Source of the DNA: Nemertoderma westbladi | Taxonomy: Eukaryota > Animalia > Xenacoelomorpha | Direction of reading: 5' to 3' | Assembly: GCA_032718475.1 (NCBI GenBank) | Contig: JAUCBJ010008866.1 | Location: 1-55,488, forward strand | DNA: 55,488 nt | Shown here: positions 45,517 through 55,488 of the stretch, piece by piece | Position numbering within the stretch: position 1 is the stretch's first letter | How the letters are laid out: each line of letters opens with the position of its first letter | The notes under the pieces: model-generated | What the model was told of the DNA's origin: nothing | The model's input: only the letters and a program-made list of their open reading frames with translations | Databases searched by the model: none | Position numbers and translations under genes: made by a program

Positions 45517-48500
45517 AAATCTACAGTAATTGCAGATTATTATGTAGGTGCGTTGTCCACACCCCAGGATGAACTAGGAGAACACAGTATAAGGTCAGTA
45601 AAAATGGTGGCGATAAAGAACTTTGCTACCAGCCAAGTGGAACCTTATAACTGGGACGAGGATGATTGTACCCAGCAGCTGAAGATACCTAGATTCAACA
45701 CGGACTACCCTGGAGTGCAAATACTCATCGGCCAAAATGCGCATGAGGCGCTTGAGACATTGGAGAAACGGCCTGCTCAACCGCAACCACTACAAGTCTA
45801 TGCGGGAAGAACTAGAGTAGGTTGGTACTTTACTGGCCCTTCCCAAAGAACTCTCATGGAATGTTAGCCCAAAGAACGGGTCTACCAAGTAAGTGAATGG
45901 GAAGTGGAGAGCAGTGAGGTGGACGATCCAACTGAGGGAACACCATACTCCTCAGATAATGATGATACCTACCAACTCTTTGACGAGGAAAATACCATCG
46001 ACCTCCTTACGGAAAACGAAACTTGGCAAAATCAAGTGAACCTATGTCAACTCATTCGTCCATCAGGACAAGTCAACTCTAATGATGAACTGAATGACGT
46101 GATCGATCGCTACAACGCGAGAACTCGGGATGAACACGCCGTACGATTCTTTACTCAAGTGGCTGTAGAGCCCAATTCCTACGATAAGGCCCTATCGGTA
46201 GAAGAAGAAAGAGCCAAGCAGATCCAGGAGACAACTACGCGTTTTCTTAAAGATCAAGGTAGATATGAAATCGGTCTACCATTTCGAAAACGGGAACCTA
46301 AATTCATAAACAACCGACCCTTGGCGGAGAAAAGAATTGCGCAGTTACATCGACGCCTTACGGCGAATGCTTCAGCTAAAGAAATGTACAAGATTCAGTT
46401 GAAGAAATTTATTAACAAAGGATACGCGGAGCGAGTACCGGAAGGAACACCCATAACTGAGAGGACATACTATCTAACACATCATTACGTTCCCAAACCC
46501 GGTAAACCCCATGAAGTCCGTGTAGTGTTTGACGGCTCCGCCCTATATATGGGCCAATCACTTAATTCCGAGTTATTACCAGGACCCAACTTACTCCAAT
46601 CCTTGTTGGGAATACTCTTAAGATTACGACAATATTCAATCGCTTTCGCCTCCGATATAGAAGGCATGTTCTTACAAGTCAAGGCGCTGGATAGGGATCG
46701 AGACAGCCTACGATTTCTGTGGTGGCCTGAAGGAGACCTCAACCAGAAACCGGTGGAGTACTGGATGACCATCCAGGCTTTTGGGATCATCTCAAGCCCT
46801 TCAAACGCCTGCTCAGTGGTGCGAACCACTGCTGATGACAACCAGGACGCCTTCTCTAAAGATGTGATCGACAACATCAAACGGGATATATACATGGACG
46901 ACAATTTAAAGTCCCTCCCATCAGTGGAAGAAGCCATTGACGTCGCCAAAGGGACGGTAGAGTGCTTGAAAAGAGGTGGATTTCGATTGACTAAATTCAC
47001 CAGCAACTCCCGTGAGTTTCTGGAATCGATTCCGGTAGAGATCTAATCAAAGACGATCTTCCAGAAACCAAAACTCTTGGTTTGAAATGGGACACAGAGA
47101 GAGACATCCTGTTTTTCCAGCTCAAACAGTGAGATAACCCAGTTCGAACTAAACGGATTTGTTTAAGTATCCTGAGCACTTATTTCGATCCATTGGGATT
47201 TATTAGCCCAGTTATATTGATTGCTCGGAGTTTAGTACAACAAATGTGGCTTGAAAACCACTCATGGGATGATCCACTTAAGGGAGAACTATTAAAGAAG
47301 TGGATGAAATGGGAAGATTCTCTACCAGCCATCGAGAACTTTATAATTTCCCGTTCCTATTTTGGTCATGTTCTCCCTACGTATTCCTATCAACTCCATG
47401 TGTTTGGAGACGCCAGCGATATGGGAATAGGTATAGTAGCCTACCTGAGAGTTGAAACTCCGGATGGAATCAAAGTCGCCTTGGTTACCTCTAAGGCCTT
47501 GATTAACAACAAGCTAAAGGTTCCTCGAGCGGAGTTAAAAGCGGCTCTATACGCTACAGCCATCGGCCGGAATGTAACAGAACAGATTGACTATCCACTG
47601 GAGAAAACTGTTTATTGGACCGATGCTTTACTCATGTTGGAGTATATCGCCAATGAAGTCTGTCAGTTCAGCGTCTTTGTTACCAACAGAGTAGCCATTA
47701 TTCTTAGTCGCACGAAGATAGATCAATGGAGACATTGCCCCGGAACGATTAATCCAGCAGACATCGCCTCCAGGGGAGCAACTCCACAAGAACTGATAGA
47801 TACTCCAGACTGGTTAGGTGGACCCGACTTCCTAAGCAAAGAAGAAGATAAATGGCCTCCTCATCTTACTATGGCGGAGATTAGACAGGCCAAGGGAGCG
47901 GAAAAGGTCAAACCTAAAACCTGGGCGAGTAAATCGAAGTTATTTAAACCTGTAATAGATCTGTCAGTACTATGCACTTCCGGAGACGATGCTTTGGACC
48001 CACAATCCCCCGCCACAAATAAGTCTGTTGTGGAAATTCGAGAAAGAAATTGGAAAACTGGAACGCCAGACGTCTCGCAAGGACTCTCACCCCTCCTGCA
48101 GAGAGCGATACATCACTATAGTTCCTGGAATCGGCTCTGTAAGGCCGTTACATATTTAAAGCGATGTTTTCATCATCACTACTCCAGGACGAAGACCACT
48201 AGTGCTATTGCTCCACTAACATCCGCGCAGGTCCATGTTGTTAAAGATCTTCCCAAATACAAGATATCCGACAGGTTTCTAAAAGAGAAGATCAGTTACC
48301 AGGAGCATGAAGAAAGCAATAAGCAGATACTAGGACTCCTGCAATGCTATGAGGATTCCGATAAGTATTTCCTGTTGTTGAGAAATCCACAGATGCGCTT
48401 AAGGGATTGTTTCTCTAGCACAATGATAGATGGGTTAATACGTGTTGGAGGAAGACTAACTAATGCTCCATTATCCTTTGACACTAAGTTTCCCATACTC

Positions 48501-49754
48501 ATTAGAAATCTTGAAATACAAATCAAGATGATTGCAGATGTTCATAGTAAGCTTTATCATGCTGGTAGAGAACGAGTTCTTAGCGAAATTCGAACCCGCT
48601 ATTATTTTTATAAACCCCGTAGAGCTCTGAACCAAGTTCCTAGGAACTGCATACCCTGTAGGAAAGCATTCAGTAGGCCTTTAACACAGCGAGAGGCAGA
48701 ATTACCTAGGGAACGAGTAAGCTTCTATGAACCACCCTTCACTAATACCGGTGTAGATTTATTTGGCCCCATTGAAGTGTATCGTGCTAGGACTATAGTC
48801 AAGAGATGGTGTGTCATCTTTGTTTGTATGACTTGTAGAGCTATCCATCTCGATATGGTGAACGATTTATCTACCAATAGCTTCATCTTGAGCTTACGCC
48901 GACAGATCGCTCGCTTTGGAACTAGTAACACGATGAAATCTGATAAGGGAACGAACTTCATTGGTGCCAACAATGAAATCAAGGCTTACGTCAAAGATTG
49001 GAACCAAAGACAGGTGGACGATCAGCTAAGGATAACAGCATCTAGCTGGACCTACAACGCCGCCGATGCCCCTTGGTGGGGAGGAAGTTGGGAGAGATTA
49101 ATCAGGAGCATGAAGACCGCATTTTACTTTATAGTGCCGTGCCGCGCATATCTCACCGACGAACTTTTGCGGATGTTAATGGAGGAAATTGCCGCCTATC
49201 TCAACGAGAGACCGCTTATGCCAGTCTCATCGAGTCCCGATTCCCTGGAAGCGCTAACACCTGCGCACTTCCTACTGAAAAAACCTGTAGCCATGCTCCC
49301 CCGATCGGAAATCACAGACGGAGACGAATACTGCCGGCAAACTTGGCAACTTATGCAGTTGTTATCCCGTCGTTTCGCTGACCATTTCGAAAAACATTAT
49401 CTGCCCACGCTACAACTTCGAACTAAGTGGTTTGCGCAGCAAGAAAACGTCAGCGCTGGAGACATGGTCCTTATTGTGGATTCCGACCTTCCACGTAATC
49501 GGTGGCAGACAGGTCGTATCATCAAGACTCATATCTCGGATGATGGTTTGGTGCGATCAGTGGAACTCGTCGTCATGCGACGTAACTTTAAGAAACCGGG
49601 AATTGTCTTCGAGACACAGCAGCTCAATCGCCCAGTGGGTCGTTTATGTTTACTGGAAAGAGACAGAGAACTCTCCGGAAACTATGGAAGGCAAGCGACT
49701 CTTCCCACGACCACCTCCCTAATCCAACAAACATCTAGGGACTCCCCAATGTAA
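45517..49754 (+). pseudogene. pol: BEL pol (RT, RNase H/Peptidase_A17 region, integrase, DUF5641-like tail), inactivated
   Basis: Motifs RVVFDGSA, DIEGMFLQV, YMDD, KTLGLKWD, FDPLGFISP, LHVFGDAS, PRAELKAA, HHCC, GVDLFGP, SDKGTNF and GGSWERLI. Lesions: in-frame TAGs ending 45516 and 45867, a frameshift at ~47040, and a TGA at ~47130. Confidence 0.93.
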
Positions 49755-50279
49755 CAGCGGCTGGAGTGGGTGTGTGACTATATGATTTTATATTTATTTT
49801 TATTATTATTATTTTATACTATGTATGTATTATTATGTAATTTTATTATAATCGTTTTCTTTAATTTTATTTAGTAGAATGTTATTTTAGCGATTATTTA
49901 GTAGATTAGTGCAATATATTAGTGTTTATTACTTAATTACTTATATATTATATATTTAGTGCGACGGCGAGAAATAATTCTTTTCTCTTTCCTTACTGTC
50001 CGTATTACATTACAAATACGTGATTACAGTAAGATGAAATGTCCGTACTTATTAAAGTACAATAAAGCTCCTACTATATTTAAGTATTATTGGTGAAGTA
50101 GAGTATTAGGAATGCAAAATTCAGATCCTCGTGTCTCGGCTAAACCAAGCTCTGGGTATACCTTGGAAACGACTTGCCTTTTCACACTGACATTGCTTTG
50201 TGCGATATTGCTCTCATACCGTATATTAAATAATACATATAGTAGCGTGATGTCCCTTTAACAGTAGCGTAAAACGCAA

Positions 50280-50575
50280 AATAAATCTGTTAAACCCTTT
50301 GACCATCTGCAATTCTAGTCGATTAAGATATCGTGGCACCCACCGATATACTTGAAAGACAAAATTTAGAATCAGTGGTTAACGTCCCCAGACAAGTTCT
50401 GGAATAAACCGGTGCCTACCCTAAATATTAACCATTAATATTTATAAAATCTGTCAAATTTCAGATCCTTTAAAATTCTAGCCGATTAAGATATCGTAGC
50501 ACTTACTGATACTCTTAAAAGGACAAATCCCTAGAATCAAGGATCCCAGTCCCCAGACATGTTCTGGAATAAAAT
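50280..50575. repeat. Diverged tandem duplication in the BEL 3' non-coding region
   Basis: aattctag.cgattaagatatcgt.gcac...tagaatca...gtccccagaca.gttctggaataaa occurs twice. Confidence 0.75.
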
Positions 50576-52048
50576 TGTGTCTTTTTAATATTAAATAATA
50601 AAAATTACGGGAATAAATTTAAATTCATCTCTTTAATGAATTTGATAAATTGTTATTTTATACAATTTATAACATTCCCAAAATTCCATTAATTAATAGA
50701 TCATGGGAGCGGAGATTCACCCTATTAAGTGTATTAGTGTGCGAGAATCTCCAATATATAGTCAATAGCCGATAAAATTCATAAAATTATATATAAAGAG
50801 GGATATTGACAATTAAAGAATTACTACTGTATTAAATAGCATCCCAGATCTGTATGCATGAGAATTACCCTAATTCTACTGCTAGCTTTCCATAATATCA
50901 CCATAGCAACAACCACGCTAGAATTAGAAGCGAGTTAACAGAACAATAGAAAGCTTGCCCCATTGAATAGCATAGGGAATAAATAGCACACCACTAGTAT
51001 CCAAGGATACATAATAATAACGTGACATTCTGGAAGGCACTGACTAACGGACAAATTGCCCGAATGTGTACAATCTGTGACAGTTGTGTGGAATTTGTGC
51101 GTTTACTGTATAGGTGAATGTTACTACTAAAGTGTGTTTACAGTAGCGAGTCGCAATTGTGAAAGTAGCCCTAACTCTGCCATAAGAACCTGAAGTAAAT
51201 CTAAAAAGTAAAAAATATAAAAAAAAAAAGTAAATCTAGAATGTGGAGGAAGTCTTGTAAAAGACAAGTTGAGGAGAACCACTGGAGAAAAGACAGATGT
51301 TAATGTCCAGGGTCCATGATGTGAATAGTTTTCCCCGGGGCGCGGGTGCTCGCGGGCGGTCTCCTTCGGGAGGCTGTAATTTTCTCTTATTTCATCGTCT
51401 TCCTGTAATTATTGTGATCAGTGTCGCAATCAAAGAACAAGAATGAATGATGACGTAACGGGAAACATGTCCATCGTGGTATCTTATAGATACTACCGTA
51501 TATCCTTCATCCTCCTTACTAATATTATCCCTCTATACATCGCTACTAAAAATACAACACACTTCATCTCACCTTCTCTTCCCAACGTGCTCAGAGCTTT
51601 GGGAAACGATCGACCAATCATAGTGGTATCGTGGTATCGATCATACCTCCTCTCACTAAACCTCACACCCTTTACTGTTTATTTGGATGCTTATATTGGT
51701 GTCCGCACCTCCTGTCCATGTACCATTGTGTTGGTATTATAATATCAACTTCCATTCCTCTTGTTGTTGATTGGATAATCAACCATCAATAATTTCCTTA
51801 AGTCCACGACCATGATTCAAGGACTGAAAGGACATGTGGATAGTTTATGAACAACTGGTACCATTATGTGTCATAAATCTGGTTGTTCACCCTCTTAATA
51901 ATTGGGGATAAATTCATTTGGAGATAGTCATCGAATGATACAATCCTCCTACTGAGATCGTATTTCTGAATATTTCAGAATGCGACATAGGTTTTCCTCT
52001 GCTCTCGATCATCAATGGCGGAAAACATATTAGTCATACAATAGGAAC

Positions 52049-53611
52049 ATGGAGAACATTCCATATCCTTTCGTCGATACTCAGCTGATTGCTCCCTGGG
52101 CAGAAGGCCGAGGTTTCTTCTGCACTATGTATGCAAATACACCCAGCGGCATTACTAAAGTACAACGAACCTCCATCGGACATCTTGCTTTTCAAGAATA
52201 CGGAGGGAATTTCAAAGTTGGAAATCCTATCAACTACCAACAAGTATATGGAGATCATTATTCTCGATTATACTTTGACGGACCATTGACCGCACCTGGC
52301 GCCGTGTATAGCTTTATGAGCGTTCCACTTCGTCCCTCCTTAGCTATATATACAATCTTTGAAAACGCCGCACTTGCCGGTTGGCTAGCCGATGTGTGCA
52401 GTCGTACCATACGCGCCCATCCCTTAATACTTGGAACCAAACTCGCCAAGCTAGATAAAAACAATAAATTCATCCGCTTCGAATGTTTTAGGCGCTTTCT
52501 GACTCCGTTCCGTAACGTTGATAGTCAGTTCAAGGACCGTGCTCTGACCAAGCTCAGCCTAAGAGACTCAGCTGCGGAGAAGTTAGACAGCGCGGGATTC
52601 GCCCTTTTCAAGGACGTTTGTATACAGAACTTACATTCATCTGTTATACAAAGACCTCGAATACCCACGGGTTATTCTGTCGTGGAAGTTCAGACAGTGG
52701 GTCCGATTGAGGAGACAGCCATACCTACCTCAGCTATGCAATTGGAAGATGAACCAATATGCTTAGAATCCGAAGAAATTCAGCCTACAGTGCCCCGGAG
52801 CAGCGACAAAGACTACGTCTTAGAATGGTATCAAGGTCCACAATGTCTCACCGCATACGATTATCGGCACGCCAACTATGTTTCTCGAGAACGTTGTCGA
52901 TTATGCGCATCGAGAGATCATTTCACCCCCATGGACTCAGACGTACCTTGTTCCTATTTCCATGAACAACCGGCGATGGAAATCTATTGTGCGTATTGTA
53001 GACTCAGTAATTTGCACATTTTTGCCGTCTGCCCACAATTCATGACTCAATGCCATCACTGTCAACTTAAAGGACATGCCAGTTTTGATTGCCCTTTTAA
53101 CCGCGATCTGGAAAGCGTAGATGAAATGATTACCCTGCGCTACATCCGAGCTTGGGAAGCAAATGCGGATTTACATTGTGAGTCACGCCATCGCTATTAC
53201 CCTGGACGCGCCTACGAAGGAGTATATGCGTTCCATCCTTATCTATTCGCGTCTGTTGAACAAAAATCACGCATACCAAGTTACGAATTAATGAAGCGTG
53301 TTGGTGAGCGTATTTCCACTAAATTTGTTCGTAAATATCTCAGGAACATTAATCCTAACGATTTCCATTCATACAATTTGATTAATTTCATCCGTCAAGA
53401 CCCTGAGTATGGCGATTTGTTCATCAACTCGCACCCTGAGTTACAGAAAGTACATCGACGGCCCTACGAATATCGAGCCCGAGAAAGCGAGCTGGAAAGA
53501 ACCATTAAACCAAGGAAGTTTCTCACCACTCGCGGTCCACCTACCGCTATTGTCCAGTCGTCAGGGACCAGTAGGAGCTGCTGTCCTAAGACGCGCTCTA
53601 AAGGCCGTTAG
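52049..53611 (+). CDS. Accessory ORF of the BEL element with three Cys/His zinc-knuckle-like motifs; function unknown
   Basis: 520-aa ORF between pol and the 3' LTR; motifs CRLCASRDH-x9-C, CAYCRLSNLHIFAVC and CHHCQLKGHASFDC. Confidence 0.75.
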   Translation: MENIPYPFVDTQLIAPWAEGRGFFCTMYANTPSGITKVQRTSIGHLAFQEYGGNFKVGNPINYQQVYGDHYSRLYFDGPLTAPGAVYSFMSVPLRPSLAIYTIFENAALAGWLADVCSRTIRAHPLILGTKLAKLDKNNKFIRFECFRRFLTPFRNVDSQFKDRALTKLSLRDSAAEKLDSAGFALFKDVCIQNLHSSVIQRPRIPTGYSVVEVQTVGPIEETAIPTSAMQLEDEPICLESEEIQPTVPRSSDKDYVLEWYQGPQCLTAYDYRHANYVSRERCRLCASRDHFTPMDSDVPCSYFHEQPAMEIYCAYCRLSNLHIFAVCPQFMTQCHHCQLKGHASFDCPFNRDLESVDEMITLRYIRAWEANADLHCESRHRYYPGRAYEGVYAFHPYLFASVEQKSRIPSYELMKRVGERISTKFVRKYLRNINPNDFHSYNLINFIRQDPEYGDLFINSHPELQKVHRRPYEYRARESELERTIKPRKFLTTRGPPTAIVQSSGTSRSCCPKTRSKGR

Positions 53612-53887
53612 ACCTCGCTCCACTGAAGTTGATATCGATCAACCCGGTACTTCGACCGGCGGATATACCGATCGTAATCCTAACCCTTCCGATGCAATTG
53701 TATTGCACCCTTCACCCAGGAGTTATAGCCCTCCTAGTAAAGTGGCTCGCCCCAAAGAGAAAAGGACTCTTGTTAACCTCAAAAAACTGCGTAAACGCCG
53801 TCCTCGCAAGAAAGACTAACTGTTTAGAGTATTTTTATATTTTAGAAACTGTGATTTTTTATATTTTATAGAATTAAATCCCATTTT

Positions 53888-53897
53888 CTGGGAGCGG
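53888..53897 (+). other. Polypurine-tract-like site
   Basis: ctGGGAGCGG immediately before the TGT of the 3' LTR. Confidence 0.55.
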
Positions 53898-54696
53898 TGT
53901 AAAAGCTTTTGCGGGATGTAACTGGCCCCTTTTTCTCCGCAATCCAGTTTTCCCTCAATGCGCTCAAATACTCTAAAACTGCCTGGCTCGAGTGACACAA
54001 CCTACTAGCTGATTGGCTGATTTGCTGTACGTGTATGGCCTCTTTGTTCTGTTCGATCAACCAATCAGAACAATGATCGACCAATCAGAGCGATTCCGCC
54101 TTGTGTTGGCTATGTGTTGAAAGATACCTACAACAGCTCACAGGTTTCAGTGTGTTGGTTTTCCTGATGCCAGAACATCGGCTATGGAATTATTCTGTGT
54201 TTCAGACTTTAGCCAAACATTAGAACGGCTTTGATTACCGGAACGTATAACTGTTATCCTGTCAAACCTGCCGCAACATATCAAATCAAACAAACGAGTC
54301 AAGTCATATCAAACCTGCCGGTCAAACCAATGCATGACGTGCATACCTGGCATATCAGACTCAGTATATGCCTTTCACCGCATTATTTTACTGCTATTTA
54401 CTGTCGGTTATTAATTGTATCTGTTGATGGAATATTGTTATATTTGGATAATATCGATAAATAATCATAAAACCCCATCTTCTTGATATACTGAAGGTAA
54501 GAGACCGGTTACATATAGCAATTGCGACTTATATGATATTGGTTTTGGAGTGAATCTAATGCTATTTCATAGGCACTACAGGTGTCAATTGCTGTTCTCT
54601 TTATATGTGACTAAAATTAGTGAAGGTCGGCAGATCAGTGTGCAATATAGTGCGGTACCGGTAGTGTGCATGATTGTGACAGATAACAAAGCATCT
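53898..54696 (+). repeat. 3' LTR (left part; interrupted at 54697)
   Basis: Matches 30482-31350 apart from a ~90-bp deletion and small indels. Confidence 0.92.
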
Positions 54697-55488
54697 TGTT
54701 CGCGCTTTTAGACCTTTGGCAGTTTAACCCACCAAATTAAGATGTCTTCTAGATATTAAATCTGCTTTTAGTCTATGACAAGTATTTGATTTACTACACT
54801 AGTCGAAACCAATCCGTGCGCGACCATTCACCCGCTGGATATTCCCGGGAGATTGGGTTCGACGGTTTAATTTTTATTGCTATGTAAGCCTAATGTATTA
54901 TTCGACTGACAGTATTATATAATCTCTGACAATATTATTCACCTTCGGTAATATTAACAGTTCCTTTAGGACGTGGCGCTTTATCTATATAAACAGAGTT
55001 ATGACTTAAACTACTCACAACGATATGGCTTAATTATAATTCACATATATGGCGCATTCTTTAGGAATTGCTTCTTTAACAGACTCACTCATACACAATG
55101 CTGCACAATACTGCATACTAATCTGCCAATCTTCACTGATTTTAGTCACATATAAAAGGAACACAGACTGGCTCATGTAGGGTCTATCAAATAACATTAG
55201 ATTCACTTCAAACCACTTTAACATAAGTCACAATCGTTTATCTGTAACCCTTCTCTCTTACCTTCGGTATATCAAGAACATTGGGTTTCGGGGTTGTTTA
55301 TCGTTATTCCAAATATAATAATTCATCAACCATATTATGAAGAAATGACAGTAAATAGCAGTATAACACAACAACTGAACACTGATTGTTATGAGTTTGC
55401 AATGTTTCAGCAGTCAGGATGTATCATCATCAGTCAGCAGTAGTCGTTAGGTATGTTAAATTGCAGTTAAAGGATATATGCCCTATAT
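54697..55488 (-). mobile_element. LTR of a related, diverged BEL family inserted in reverse into the 3' LTR
   Basis: Begins TGTTCGCGCTTTTAGACCTTT, the reverse complement of 31697-31717. Colinear but visibly diverged back to about 31000. Confidence 0.85.

Larger units (their letters stand above)
30482..54696 (+). mobile_element. Decayed composite BEL/Pao LTR retrotransposon
   Basis: Direct LTRs starting TGTAAAAGC at 30482 and 53898. Domain order gag-PR-RT-RNaseH-IN with BEL-type triple zinc knuckle and BEL motifs. Confidence 0.92.

Noticed and set aside
52049-53611. env gene
   Set aside because: No signal peptide, transmembrane helix or furin-plus-fusion-peptide arrangement is visible; the Cys residues form CCHC-like motifs.

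Overview
Repeat-dense metazoan (probably invertebrate) genomic DNA with two interwoven systems. (1) A cluster of three paralogous two-exon C2H2 zinc-finger genes. Copy 1 is on the minus strand (exon 1 at 5840-6833; its finger exon lies beyond the left edge). Copy 2 is 20159-21140 + 27859-28520 and copy 3 is 37708-38710 + 39621-40114. Each phase-1 intron carries a 66-bp minisatellite (about 25, about 46 and about 3 units). Reading into the array shows the unit is an amplified piece of a LINE (CR1/L2-type) apurinic-endonuclease coding fragment. The paralogues share an unrecognised ~60-aa N-terminal domain and differ preferentially at DNA-contacting finger residues. (2) A large, decayed BEL/Pao LTR retrotransposon (30482 to at least 54696, LTR ~1.24 kb). 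Its gag is split by a ~7.75-kb templated insertion that carries the intact ZNF copy 3. It also carries an extra non-env, triple-CCHC ORF between pol and the 3' LTR, and a related LTR is nested in reverse in that 3' LTR. The rest is nested non-autonomous DNA transposons (hAT-, P/THAP-, Tc1-, Mutator- and piggyBac-like, plus an unclassified CAGTCAGG/5-bp-TSD family) and minisatellites. All calls are by eye; no searches were run.
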